From positions 30,562,927-30,626,926 of the forward strand of contig NC_057720.1 in the NCBI RefSeq assembly GCF_004010195.1: a DNA stretch of 64,000 bases, in the 5' to 3' direction. The notes beneath the pieces were generated by a model that worked only from the letters and a program-made list of their open reading frames with translations, was not told the origin of the DNA and searched no databases. The stretch comes from Chiloscyllium plagiosum (lineage: Eukaryota). This document shows positions 11,615-25,654 of this stretch, one piece after another (position 1 is the stretch's first letter; every line of letters starts with the position of its first letter). Position numbers and translations under genes: made by a program.

Positions 11615-14600
11615 TCCTGTGAGTACAATCAGCAGCATAGATCTATGGATAGGATAATAACCCACCAAAAAAACATACAGACTGCCTAACAGTCAGGGGG
11701 AAATTGAAAAACAAATTTGTAAGGAGATTTAGTTATCTGTAAGAATAATAGTGTGGGGCTGCCATAGTGTTAAGGGTTTAGATGGAGAGGATTTTGTTAA
11801 GTATGTACAAGAAAATTTTCTGATACAGGATGTGGATGTACCTACTAGAAAAGTTGCAAATCTTGACCTACTCTTAGGAAATAAGGGAGGGCAGGTGATT
11901 GAGGTGTCAGTGGTGAAGCACTTTGGGGCCAGGGACCATAATTCTATTCGTTTTAAAATAGTGATGGAAAAGGACAGACAAGATCTAACAGTTGAAGTTC
12001 TAAATTGGAGGAAGGCTAATTTTGACGGTATCTGGCAAGAACTTTCAAACACTGACTGGGGGCAGATGTTCGCAGGTAAAGGGACGGCTGGAAAATGGGA
12101 AGCCTTCAGAAATGAGATAACAAAAATCCAGAAAAAGTATATTCCTGTCAGGGTGAAAGAAAAGGCTGGTAGGTATAGGGAATGCTGGATGACTAAAGAA
12201 ATTGAGGGTTTGGTTAAGAAAAAGAAGGAAGCATATGTAAGGAATAGACAGGATAGGTCAAGTGAATCCTTAGAAGAGTATAAAGGAAGTGGGAGTATAC
12301 TTAAGAGGGAAATCAGGAGGGCAACATGGGGGACATGAGATAGCTTTGGCAAATAGAATTAAGGAGAATCCAAAGGGGTTTTACAAATACATTAAGGACA
12401 AAAGGGTAACTAGGGAGACAATAGGGCCCCTCAAAGATCAGCAAGGCAGCTTTTGTGCGGAGCAGCATAAAATGGGCGAGATACTAAATGAATATTTTGC
12501 ATCAGTATTTACTGTGGAAGAGGATATGTAAGATATAGAATGTAGGGAAATAGATGGTGATTCCTGGCAAAATGTCCATATTACAGAGGAGGAAATGCTG
12601 GATGTCTTGAAACGGGTAAAGGTGGATAAATCCCCAGGACCTAATCAGTTGTACCCGAGAACTCTGTGGGAAGGTTCAGAAGTGATTGCTGGGCCTCTTG
12701 CTGAGATATTTGTATCATTTATAGTCACAGGTGAGGTGCCCGAAGACTGGAGATTGGCAAACGTGTGCCACTGTTTAAGAAGGGTGGTAAAGACAAGCCA
12801 GGGAACTATAGACCGGTGAGCCTGACCTCAGTGGTGGGCAAGTTGTTGGAGGGAATCCTGAGGGACAGGATGTATATGTATTTGGAAAGTCAAGGACTGC
12901 TTAGGGATAGTCAACATGGCTTTGTGCGTGGGAAATCATGTCTCACAAACTTGATTGAGTTTTTTGAGGAAGAAACAAAGAGGATTCATGAGGGAAGAGT
13001 GGTGGATGTGATCTATATGGACTTCAGTAAGGCATTCAACAAGGTTCCCCATGGGAGACTGGTTAGCAAGGTTAGATCTCATGGAATACATGGAGAACTA
13101 GCCATTTGGATACAGAACTGGCTCAAAGGTAGAAGACAGAGGGTGGTGGTGGAGGATTGTTTTTCATACTGGAGGCCAGTGACCAGTGGAGTGCCACAAG
13201 GATCGGTGCTGGGTCCTATACTTTTTGTCATTTACATAAATGATTTGGATGCAAGCATAAGAGTTACAGTTAGTAAGTTTGTAGATGACACCAAAATTGG
13301 AGGTGTAGTGGACAGCGAAGAGGGTTACCTCAGATTACAACATGATCTTTACCAGATGGGCCAATGGGCTGAGAAGTGGCAGATGGAGTTTAATTCAGAT
13401 AAATGCGAGGTGCTGCATTTTGGGAAAGCAAATCTTAGCAGGACTTATACACTTAATGGTAAGGTCCTAGGGAGTGTTGCTGAACAAAGAGACCTTGGAG
13501 TGCAGGTTCATAGCTCCTTGAAAGTGGAGTCGCAGGTAGATAGGATAGTGAAGAAGGCGTTTAGTATGCATTCCTTTATTGGTCAGGGTATTGAGTACAG
13601 GAATTGGGAGGTCATGTTGCGGCCGTACAGGACATTAGTTAGGCCACTGTTGGAATATTGCATGTAATTCTGGTCTCCTTCCTATTGGAAAGATGTTGTG
13701 AAACTTGAAAGGGTTCAGAAAAGATTTACAAGGATGTTGCCAGGGTTAGAGGATTTGAGCTATAGGGAGAGGCTGAACAGGCTGGGGCTGTTTTCCCTGG
13801 AGTGTCGGAGGTTGAGGGATGACCTTATAGTAGTTTACAAAATCATGAGAGGCGTGGATAGGATAAATAGACAAAGTCTTTTCCTTGGGTTGGGGAGTCC
13901 AGAACTAGAGGGCATAGGTTTACGGTGAGAGGGAAAAGATATAAAAGAGACCTAAGGGGCAACCGTTTCACACAGAGGGTGGTTCATAGCTCCTTGAAAG
14001 TGGAGTCGCAGGTAGATAGGATAGTGAAGAAGGCATTTGGTACGCTTTCCGTTACTGGTCAGAGTATTGAGTACAGGAGTTGGGAGGTCATGTTGCGGCT
14101 GTACAGGACATTGGTTAGGCCACTTTTGGAGTATTGCATGCAATTCTGGTCTCCTTCCTATCGGAAAGATGTTGTGAAACTTGAAAGGGTTCAGAAAAGA
14201 TTTACAAGGAGGATGCCAAGGTTGGTGGATTTGAGCTATAGGGAGAGGCTGAATAAGCTGGGGCTGTTTTCCCTGGAGTGTCTGAGGCTAAAGGTGACCC
14301 TATAGAGGTTTATAAAACCATGATGGGCATGGACAGGATAAATAGACAAGATCTTTTCCCTGGGGTTGGGTGAGTCCAGAACTAGAGGGCATAGGTATCA
14401 GGTAAGAGGGGAAAGATATAAAAGAGACCCAAGGTGCAACATTTTCACACAGAGGGTGGCACATGTGTGGAATGAGCTGCCAGAGGAAGTGGTGAAGTCT
14501 AGCACAATTGCAACATTTAAAAGGCATCTGGATGGGGATATTAATAGGAAGGATTTGGAGGGATATGGTCCAGGTGCTGGCAGATCGGACTAGATTGAGG

Positions 14601-14676
14601 TGGGATATCTGGTCGGCATGGATGGGTTGGACTGAAAGGTCTGTTTCCTTGCTGTACATCTCTGTGACTCTATTAC
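11615..14676 (+). mobile_element. CR1/HER1-like LINE, 5'-truncated, with duplicated 3' segment
   Basis: ORF2 pieces NLDLLL, DHN, KSPGP, PGNYRPVSLTS, DFSKAF, GVPQGSVLGP, KFVDDTK. CR1 3' tail ending in GACTCTATTACTCTA. Confidence 0.93.
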
Positions 14677-15371
14677 TCTAAGTCCCTGGTGACCAACAAA
14701 ACATAAATAATAAACAGAATTGCACAAGTCACCAACATTGACAAACAGGAAAGGGAATAAGAAGGTGCCGAGATGCAAACACACCAGTGTGGTTCAAAGT
14801 CTACCAAGCAAACGACAAATTGTAGGAAATGACTAAGCTTTCAATATTATTGACTTTATGCACCATGTTGTGTTCTAAAGCAATCAGAAGCTTTTACAAT
14901 CATTAACATCATATGTCTTGAAAAAGCAGAATGACACACAATAAAAGCTAATATTGACAAAGGAACTAGTGCCAACATATTATCACTTCACTTACAAATG
15001 AATCAAAAATAGAAATTACTAGAAAAACCCAGCAGGTCTGCCAGCATTTGTGGAGAGAAAGCAGTATTAACATTTGATGTCTTTAAAATGTGCAGCAATC
15101 CTTCAATAATCCTTGACTTTTAAACCAGTTATTTTTCCATTTCAGCCCACAATCAAAAACACAGAAAAATAAAAAAGATATGGCCTTTCCAATCTACGTG
15201 TGTATGTGGTAGATTATGAAGCTGAAGATGTTCTCAAGATTGAACTGTTACACTTTGGGCATAGCCTGCAAGAACTCGTTGTAATTGGCAACTGCAGAAG
15301 ATGTGTAACTGCAAGAGTTACAGAAAACCATTAGCGAGGGATGACTGGCAGTGTTAAAAAAGTACCTGAGA

Positions 15372-18300
15372 GGATCCAAGATGTCGGCGACCTAGAAAGA
15401 TCGTGTTGCAGAGCTCCGCAATACATCGCAAGCGGGACAGAGTCCTAACCTGGCCTATCCGGACCACCGCAATATCCTAGGATTCTGAAAAGTTTGTGGA
15501 CTCCCAGGAAACTGAGGGAGAGCAACTTACCTCGCTGTTTGCCGTCCAGGAATGGCGAAGAAGGGAGGAGGTACATTCAAGGCCTGGCCAGCGGCCGAGC
15601 CTGCAGGATCCTCGGACTCGATTTTGTACCAGTCCCTGGTAGAGGAGCTCGTGAAATCTCGTGAGATGTTGGGGAAGCAGATAGAGGAGAAGCTGGCCCT
15701 GGTCTCTATCATGTTGCATGAACAGCAGTTGGGAGACCTCGAGAATAGGATGGATGAGAAAGAACACAGAGTCACAGTGGTGGAAGCTGATACCGGTTCC
15801 TCCAAGGATAGGGTCCAAGCCCTGGAGAAGCAGGTCTGTCATTTGCTTGATCAGGTTGATGACCTCCAGAACAGGGGCAGGGGAAAAAATATTCGGAGAG
15901 TATTCTGCCGGAGAGTAAGGACGATGAGTGGCCGGCGGAATTTATTGAGGACTGGTTGCTGAAATTCCTTAACTTGGAGGCTGGAATGGGATGTTTGAAA
16001 ATTGAGAGGGCTCTCCGGGTCACGGCGTGGAGGTCAGATCTGGATCAAAGTCCTCGTCCTCCCTTGGTGCAGTTTCATCACTTTAGAGATAAGGAGAGAA
16101 TTGTGGCAGCTTCCAGAATCCAGGGGAAGGATCTGAAGTCCCTAGTAAAATTAAAAGTAGGCCCTAGTAAGATCATATTCTTCCAGGACTTCTCAGCGGT
16201 GGTGATCCAGAAAAGAAATTCCTATGACAGCATCAAGAAAAGACTGTGGGCACTTGGGATCCAGTACTCTCTGAGGTATCTGGCGGTGCTTCAGTTCATC
16301 TTCGATGGATCTGGACATCTCTTTGACACGTTGGAGAAGGCAAAAGATTTTATGGACAAATTAACCTAATCTGAACAATTTAGTATGTACAAATAGTCAT
16401 GTTGTATGAGTATGTCTCTTCTTTAAAAAAAGAGGAAGTCAGATCAGGACTTGCTTTTCCTTTTTTTTAGTTGGTAATAATTTGATCTAAACAATGCTTG
16501 TGGTCGGCTGGGATGTTTATCTTCAATTTCTAAGTTATACCGAAGGATGAGTAGGGTACTTAGTTTTATTTTCATAATTTCTTTGTTCACATTGTTATTC
16601 CATGGTGTACTTTCTTTTTTTTCTGCTTGTGTTTGTGGTTTGCTGTAGCTAGGAGGAGAAAAAATGGTTGTGATGGCTAAATGCCTACTTACAGGCAGTT
16701 TATGCCCGGTTCAGGTATTTAAATGCCCGAGTTGCAGTATTGCCAGCAGGGTGGGAAGTTGGGGTTTGAGATGGGTAGATGGCTCCTTTGGGCAGGGGGT
16801 GAGTTCCCCTATTCATCACCATTGGCACTTTAAATGTTGGGTCTTTTTGTTTTTTGTCGTATATAGTCTTTGATAGTTTTGTAGGTTTGTTAACTGTAGT
16901 GGTTTTAGTTTAGGTAGCTTTTATGTTCGATGGATCTTGTGACACTAAGGCTTGGTGATTTGTAATTCGAGTTCCTCCTCTCTGGAATCTAAATGTTACT
17001 GCAGAAAGTTATGGCAAGTGAATTGATTAAATGGTGCACCTGGAACATCAAGGGGAGTCACTCATCAATTAAGAGCAATAAGGTACTCGCGAGTCTTAGA
17101 AAAGATGGATATTGATTTATTATAGGAGACACACTTGGAAGATAGGGTGCATTTGAAACTACAGCAGAATGGTTTTGATTGGGTTTACTTTTCAGCTTTT
17201 AATACCAGAAGTAGGGGTGTGGCTATATTTGTTAGGAAGAATCTCCCATTTAAGTTACTAAAGTGTTTTAAAACACACACGGGAGTCTTGTAATTCTCAA
17301 ACCCCTGATAAACGGGGAAGAACATAGTGTTTTAAATGTTTACTGCCCTCTGGCTCATCACCTCAAATTTCTGGTAGATGCATTCTCTAAATTGATCAGT
17401 CTTGAGTCCTGGCATATCATTACAGGGGGAGAATTTAATTGTCTTATGGATCTCACAGTAGACAGGTTGCCCAAAGGCCCCTCAATACCCTCTGTACAAA
17501 CTAAACAATTATTGGATCGTTGTGTGGAGTTAGGGTTGGTGGACGTCTGGAGGTCTCTCTACCCTACAGGCAGGGATATTACATCTTTTTCCAATCCACA
17601 CAGATGTCATACTAGTATTGATTTTTTTCTGAACTCGGTGGCAACCCTGGACTTGGTGGCATCTTGTACGATTGGTAATATTACCATCTCTGATCACACT
17701 TCTGTTGGTTAAGATTAAGGACCTTACAGGGGGCCTGAGGCACTGGCAAATGGATCCCTTTATCCTTAAGGCTAATAAGTTTGTGGAGTACTTCTCTCGG
17801 CAATTTCGAGTGTCCCGAGACATTAACTCAGGTTTGGTTAGTAGCCTGTCTGTATTTGGGAAACTGCCAAAGCCTATGCGAGGGGTTTAGTTATTTCCTA
17901 CTCTGGCAGTAGGAAGTGCCAGAAGAGTGAGTCACAATGTCTCCTTGAAGCACGGTTGAAAGAGGCTGAGAAGGCTTACTTTGACAGGCCCTCATTGGTC
18001 ATGCTACAGAGGACTACGGCGCTGCGGTCTGCATTGAATTTTGTGCCCATGCAGACAGCAAAGAAGGAGCTTACTTTCACAAAACAAAGGTTATATGAGC
18101 ATGATGACAAGCCAGGCAAGTACCTAGCATACCTCACCAGGAAAAAGAGTGCCCATCAAGCCATTACGTTGATTAGGGAAGGGGCTGGGAACCTAACATG
18201 TGATTCCAAAAAGACGAATGCCGCATTTTGGTGATTTTACTCTGAATTATACCAATCTGAGGGTTGTGAGGAGGGGAAGACCGAGATGCAATCCTTTTTC

Positions 18301-21106
18301 AAGGATCTGGAGCTCCCAGGTGTGACCTCTGAACAAGAGTCTTTTCTCAATGCCCCTTATCAGAGCAAGAGGTGCAGGAGGCTGTGAAGCAGCTTCAGAG
18401 TGGAATGGCACCCGATCCTGACGGACTTACCAGCGAATTCTATAAGGAATTTATAAACATATTGTCAGGCCCAGTGCTTAACATGTTCAATGGCTCGTAA
18501 TGTCATGATTATCTCTGGCCATCTCTAATGGAAGGCAATATTTTGCTTATTCTGAAAAAAGGGAAGGTCCCAGAGGACTGTGCTTCATATAGGACTATTT
18601 CACTGTTAAATATTCACTTTAAAATGCTCTCGAAGACTCTTGTGTTAAGGCTGGAAACTGTGTTAACTTCTATTGTTAAAGAGGACCAGATGGGCTTCAT
18701 AAAGGGTCGCAGATCCTCCAATAATGTTAGGAGGCTGCTTAATGGAATTCGAGCATGCCAACAGCAGTCAATACAGGGATTGGTGATTTCTCTAGATGCA
18801 GAGAAGTCATTTGACCGAGTTGAGCGGACGTACCTTTTTTACACTCGAGAGCAGTTTGGCTTGGACGAAACCTTTATAAATGGGTAAAGGTTCTCTGCAG
18901 TGACCTCTCACTGTGGTCAAAACCAATGGGGTATGATCAAGCAATTTTAGTATTTTTAGGGGCAGCAGACAGGGCTGTCCCTTTTCACCATTGCTTTTTA
19001 CATTGGTAATTGAACTGTTGGCGGAGGCCAATCCTAGGGATCCCAATACATTGGCTCCAGAAGTGGGGTCAAAATTAGATAAGATTTTAGTGTACGTGGA
19101 CAAAGTTCTTTTTTTTGTCAAATCCAGCAGTTCTGGTGCCTCGCTTGATACAATGCATTAGCTCATTTGGCACCTTTTCAGGGTACAAGATTAATTTTGC
19201 AAAATCAGAGGCTATGCCTATGGGTGGTCTTACGATGCTGCTAGGTCTTGAGGGCGAATCTCGATTCCCATTTAAGTGATCACAGGGGGGTTTTATGTAA
19301 TTGGGCATATTCAACACTCCAACTCTTGATTGGTTGTTTAAAGCTAATTTTGTTCAATTATTCGACAAAATCAAGCAAGACTTTCAAAGATAGGAGGCGC
19401 TACCGGTCTCATGATTAGGTGAGATAACTCTTATTAAGATGAATATTCTCTCCACTTGTTGTACCCTATACAGACACACCCCCTGATTTTCGAATAGCAA
19501 ACACTCAGGAGACTGAACTGCTGGTTCAGCTCTTTTATTTGGCATTGTAAGCGGCCCCTTATTAAATTAGCTAAACTGTAATTGCATCACAGATCTGGGG
19601 GGAGTGGATCTCCTGCACATTATCAATTAAACTCACTTTCAGCTTACGTGAGTGATTGGGCTTTTGGGGACCTTCTTTGAATATCAAAACCTCTCAGGCA
19701 AAGTGCCCCCTTACCAGCTTGCTGTTTTTGGACAAAATTAAGACAGTTAAGGAATATTACCATAACCCAATAGTTATCAATACTGTTAAGGCATGGAGGG
19801 CAATTTGGCAGAGTGAAGGCAATATTGGCAAAACATCTTTTCTTACACCACTAGTGGGTATGCCGGGTTTTTAACCGGGGATGATGGATTTAGGATTCAA
19901 ACATTGGGCAGCTAGGGGTGTGTTTGTATGGGTGATTTATTTGAAGGAGACACAATGATGTCTTTTCATCAGTTAGCGAGAAAATATGAGCTATCCAGCA
20001 GAGATCTCTTTCATTTTTTTCAAGTTGGGGATTTTATTCAAAAAAAGACGACACTTTTGACTGATCCCTACAAATCCAACAAAAGGAGGAGGGTGCTCAG
20101 TGCTAAGAGTACACTTTCTGTTAGCCTCTTATATCATCAACTGGCGGGCAGCCTCTCAGATGAGTTCAATTGACTCTGCAGGGTGTGGGAGAGAGAGCTA
20201 GGCATTGAGGTCGCCTCAGAGGCATGCGAAAATATTTGGGAAAATGCAAGGAAAATATCAATTTGCAATAGGATCCATGCTTTACGGTCCATTGGGTCCA
20301 CTTGGCTCTGGATCATTTGTCAAAATTTAAACCAGGAGTATCTTCATCATGTCCCAAGTGTAAAGTTAGTATGGGCCCTCTTACCCATTGTCTCTGGTCC
20401 TGTGGCAGGCTTCAAACACACTGGGGTGCTGTGGCAGGTGCAATGGAGGCAATTTTGAGTGTGAGGATGAAGAAGGACCCAATCTCTCCTCTTCTTGTCC
20501 TGTCCAGTGTGTTCCCTGTCGATGCGCATAAGAAAAACTTTTCAACGTTCTCACTTTCTGCGCAAGAAAGACTATCTTGTTAGGTTGGGTGCCCGAAAAA
20601 CCCCCAGTCCTGTTGGGCTGGCGTAAGATTGTTATGGAGCATATCCCCTTGGATTTTGTTACAAGTATGGTACACCACAAGACTGAGAATTTCTCTAAGT
20701 CATGGCGGCCCTTTTTGGAATACCTGGACACAGATTTATCTACCACACTAATAAGGGCTTTTATATAGCTGTAACAATTGTGCTTTACAAGTCCAATATC
20801 CAGAGAGGGGGAACTGCGAATGTATGAACATATGAAAAGTAATGCTCTCGATATTTGACAGTTAGTGTTTTGTTTTGTTGAGCTGTATTATTATTATTTA
20901 TTCGTTTGTTGTTAGTTATTATTTATTTAGTTAAATAGTTAGTTGGGTTTTTAAAATATATTTTAAATGTATTTCTACATTTGTACATGAGAGCGGGTTG
21001 GGTTTTAAAAATTTTTGTGTTCTTTCTTTGTATTGTTTTGAATTGTATTGTTTTGTATTTGTTGCAATATTAAAAAATCTATTTTTCAATAAAAATATTT
21101 TTAAAA
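15372..21106 (+). mobile_element. Full-length, inactivated L1-clade LINE
   Basis: 16-bp TSD AAAAAAGTACCTGAGA (15356-15371 and 21107-21122). ORF1 remnants 15552-16369 (coiled coil, KIERALR, IFFQDFS). ORF2 remnants about 17011-20768 (APE TWNIKG and SDH, RT SLDAEKSFD and RQGCP, CCHC knuckle CPKC...HCLWSC). AATAAA at 21088 and a short A tail. Confidence 0.93.
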
Positions 21107-21202
21107 AAAAAAGTACCTGAGACGATTCATTCATTTTGGTCATTCAGAGATAAACCTGGTATCTCACAACAAGTCATTTTCAAAGGCAAACAAATCCTAA
21201 AG

Positions 21203-21487
21203 CTCAGTGGCTCAGTGATTAGTAGTGCTGCCTCACAGCGCCAGGAACCCAGGTTTGATCCCAGCCGAGGGTGGCTGTCTGTGCAGATGCTCCGGTTTCC
21301 TCCCACAATCCAAAGATGTGCAAGTTAGGTGAATTGGCTAAATTGCTCATAGTGTTCAGGGATGTGTAGGTTAGATATATTAGTTAGGGGTAGAGGGAAT
21401 GGGTCTGGGTGGGTTACTCTTCCGAGGGTCGGTGTGGACTTGTTGGGTCGAAAGGCCTGTTTCCACATTGTAGGGTTTCTAGATTCC
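21203..21487 (+). mobile_element. HE1-like SINE with internal deletion
   Basis: Similar to 4735-5038. Confidence 0.8.
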
Positions 21488-22065
21488 AGATCACGATATC
21501 TTACCTATTTTGCACCAGGGCTGTATGGGTTTAAAAACATAAAACTGTGCACATGAATCTGTGTACTGGTCATGGATAAATCTGGACAATCAATGACTTG
21601 CGAATGTATATGAGCATACCAAATGCATCAAGCGCAGCAGCAGTGGGAGCCATTAAATTTATCAATGTTTCATCTGCTCCCTGAACAAAACAATAGGCCT
21701 ATTCACAGTGCACATGGAAGATTACATCCTTGTAATAAATTACTTCACTGAATTTTCCATAGATTCATAACTTAGGAACACAACAAGCGTGACCATCATT
21801 TGACATGATGAACACTATTTGCACCTTCTTTGGTATTTCAGCCTGGTAATGGACCACGATATGCTGGAAAATGGTCTCAAGACAATATTACATTATCAGC
21901 CATGTACTGTCAAATCAATGATCATTACGTTTTATGCAAGATTTTTGCACTGCATTGCCAAATTTGTGTATAACATCAATGGAGAAGGGATTATTGTTCC
22001 CAGCACAATTTGCCAGTAACCAATTGTTTAACTGGACATTCAAATGCACCAATTGGACATTCTTA

Positions 22066-22206
22066 ATAAAAGCAAATTACTGCGGATGCTGGAATCTGAA
22101 ACCAAAGCTTTGACAAAGGGTCAGTTAGACTCGAAACGTCAGCTCTTTTCTCTCCTTACAGATGCTGCCAGAACTGCTGAGATTTTCCAGCATTTTCCCT
22201 TTTGGT
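22066..22206. mobile_element. Short PLE terminal fragment with inverted 5' part
   Basis: Perfect 15-bp TSD AATTGGACATTCTTA (22051-22065 and 22207-22221); hammerhead-like core at 22106-22144. Confidence 0.75.
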
Positions 22207-22304
22207 AATTGGACATTCTTATTCAAAGACAGTGCAAAATGAAAGCGATACATGTTGAGTGATCAGATAGAGGGCTACCTAAACATCGCAGAGTCTGAGT
22301 TAGT

Positions 22305-24318
22305 GAGTCATAGAGATGTACAGCACAGAAACAGACTCTTCGGTCCAACTCGTCCATGCCGACTAGATATCCCAACCCAATCTAGTCCCATTTGCCAGCA
22401 CCTGGCCTACGTCCCTCCAAACCCTTCCTATTCATATACCCATCCAGATGCCTTTTAAATGTTGCAATTGTACTAGCCTCCACAACTTCCTCTGGCAGCT
22501 CATTCCATACACATATCACCCTCTGCATGAAAAAGGTGCCCCTAAGGTCCCTTTTATATCTTTCCCCTCTCACCTTAAACCTGTGCCCTCTAGTTCTAGA
22601 CTCCCCCCACCCCAGGGAAAATACTTTGTCTACTTATCCTATCCATGCCCCTCACAATTTTATAAACCTCTATGCGGTCACCCCTTAGCCTTCAACGCTC
22701 CAGGGAAAACAGCCCCAGCCTATTCAGCCTCTCCCCATAGCTCAAATCCTCCAACCCTGGCAACACCCTTGTAGATCTTTTCTGAATCCTTTCAAGTTTC
22801 ACAACATCATTCCGATAGGAAGGAGACCAGAATTGCTCGCAATATTCCAACAGTGGCCTAACCAATGTCCTGTACAGCCGCAACATGACCTCCCAACTCC
22901 TGTACTCTGACCAATAAAGGAAAGCATACCAAATGCCTTCCTCACTATCCTATCGACCTGCGACTCTACTTTCAAGGAGCTATGAACCTGCACTCCAAGT
23001 TCTTTTTGTTCAGTAACACTCCCTTGGACCTTACCATTAAGTGTATAAGTCCTGCTAAGGTTTGCTTTCCAAAAATGCAGCACGTTGCATTTATCTAAAT
23101 TAAACTCCAGCTGCCACTCCTCAGCCCATTGGTCCATCTGATCAAGATCCCATTGCAATCTGAGGTAACCTTCTTTGCTGTCCACTGCACCTCCAATTTT
23201 GGTGTCATCTGCAAACGTACTAACTATACTCCCTATGCTCATAACCAAATTACTTATATAAATGATGAAAAGAAGTGGACCCAGCACCAATCCTTGTGGT
23301 ACTCCACTGGTCACCAGCCTCCAGTCTGAAAAAGAAAGTTCCATCACCACCCTCTGTCTGCTACCTTCAAGCCAGTTTTGTGTCCAAATGGCTAGTTCTC
23401 CCCATATTACTTGAGATCTAACCTTGCTAACCATGGGGAACCTTGTCAAATGTCTCACTAAAGTCCACATAGATCATGTCTAACACTTTGCCCTCATCAA
23501 TCCTCTTTATTACTTTTTCAAAAAACTCAATCAGGTTTGTGAGACTTGATCTCCCATGCACAAAGCCATGTTGACTATCCCGAATCAGTCCTTATCTTTC
23601 CAAATATGTGTAAATCCTGTCCCTCAGGATTTCCTCCAACAACCTGCCCACCACCATCATCAGGCTCACTGGTCTATAGTTCCCTGGCTTGTCCTTACCA
23701 CCTTTCTAAAATAATGGTACCATGTTAGCCAATCTCCAGTCTTCTGGAACCTCACCTGTGATTATCGATGATACAAATATCTCAGCAAGAGGCCCAGCAA
23801 TCACTTCTCTAGCTTTCCACAGAGTTCTCGGGTACACCTGATCAGGTCCTGGGGATTTAACCACCTTTATGCATTTCAAGATATCCAGTGCTTCCTCCTC
23901 TATAATATGGACATTTTTCAAGATGTCACCAGCTATTTCCCCACATTCTATGTCTTTCATGTCTTTCTCCACAATAAACACTCATTTAGTATCTCCCCCA
24001 TCTCTTGTGGCTCCACACAAAGGCTGCCTTCTGATCTTTGAGGCGTCCTATACACTCCCTCGTTACCCTTTTGTCCGTAATGTATTTGTAAAAACCTCTG
24101 GATTTTCCTTAACCCTGTTTGCCAAAGCTATCACATGTCCCCTTTTTGCCCTCCTGATTTCCCTCTTAACTATACTCCTATTGTCTTTATTCTTCCTAAA
24201 GATTCACTCGATCTCCATTGTCTATACCGGACATAAGCTTCCTTTTTTTTCTTAACCAAACCCTCAATTTCTCTCGTCATCGAGCATTCCCTACACTTAC
24301 CAGCCTTTCCTTCCCACC
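22305..24318 (-). mobile_element. CR1/HER1-like LINE, 5'-truncated
   Basis: Minus-strand KSPGPD, GVPQG, FADDTK and TRG-type 3' region; highly similar to 12150-14676. Confidence 0.93.
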
Positions 24319-24894
24319 ATATCAGTAACAGTGATTAAACCCCCAAAGCATTAAAATGAAGTTTGGATCGTTAACCTTTTAAATTCTGTACTACATTTTA
24401 TGTAATTATCAAAGTTATGCAATTATCTATGTGCAACCATGTATATCTAGTTGAAATAAGTTTTTATTTTTGATAAAAAAGGAAGCATTATGTTTCACCT
24501 GTCAGTATGTTGGGATATCTTTAAGAGACATGTTCGTGATATCATCACGAGCACAACATATCATCTGAATGTATCAAGGTTTCAGACTCCATCTTACCCT
24601 GGGAAAACATGAGGCATGCTCTTCTGTTGTAAAATTTTAGCTTAATGTACAGAAAAAGAAACCTATACAGCATTTTCACACCTACCAGATATTTCAACAA
24701 ACAGTAATGTGTTACAAACAAAAATAAAAATTGGTACAATTGCTTAGTAAGTCTAGCAGCATCTATGGTGAGAAATCCGCGTTAATGTTTCAGTTCAAGT
24801 GACCCTTCCTCAGAGTTGAGGAATTTGTTAGTGAACAGGTAATCTGTTTTGGTGATGGAGGGTAAATATTAGCATTTTTGCTTTCCTTACAAAT

Positions 24895-25625
24895 ATTCAA
24901 ATGATTTGGATGTGAACATAGTAGGTATGGTTAGTAAGTTTACAGATGACACCAAAATTGGTAACAGCGAAGAAAGTTACCTCAGAGTACAACAGAATCT
25001 TGATCAGATGAGCTAATGGGCCAGGAGTGGCAGATGGAGTTTAATTTAGACAAATGTGAGGTTCTGCACTTTGGAAAAGCAAATCAGAGCAGGATGTATA
25101 CACTTAATGGTAAGGCCTTGATGGAATAAGTGTTGGGAGGTCATGTTGCAGCTGTATAGGACATTGGTTATGCTGCATGTAATTCTGGTCTTCCTGCTAT
25201 AGGAAGGATGTTGTGAAACTTGAAAGGGTTCAGAAAAGACTTACAAGGATGTTGCCAGGGTTGGATGGTTTGAGCGATAAGGAGAAGCTGAATAGACTAG
25301 GGCTATTTCCCCAGGAGCTTTGAAGGTTGAGGGGTGACGTTGTCATGAGGGGCAATGATAGAGTGAACAGCCAAGGTCTTTTCCCTGGGGTGGGGGAGTC
25401 CAAAACGAGAGGGCATAGGTTTAAGGTTAGAGGGGACAGATTCAAAAGGGACCTAAGGGGCAAATCTTTCAGGCAGAAGATGGCATGTGTATGGAATGAA
25501 CTGCCAGAGGAAGTGGTGAAAGCTGGTACAATTACATTTAAAAGGCATCTGGATGGATATATGAATAGGAAATGTCACTATATTTATTTTGGATATCTGG
25601 TTGGCGTGGACAAGTTGGACTGAAA
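24895..25625 (+). mobile_element. CR1/HER1-like fragment with internal deletions
   Basis: DDTK region, SKTRGH, WNELP and tail. Confidence 0.87.
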
Positions 25626-25654
25626 GCAACAAATTAGAAGAAAGCCACAAATAT

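Noticed and set aside
12765..13667. 300-aa reverse transcriptase ORF as an active or novel RT system
   Set aside because: Fragment of an ordinary CR1 ORF2, with FADD changed to FVDD, flanking frameshifts and stops, and no 5' end.
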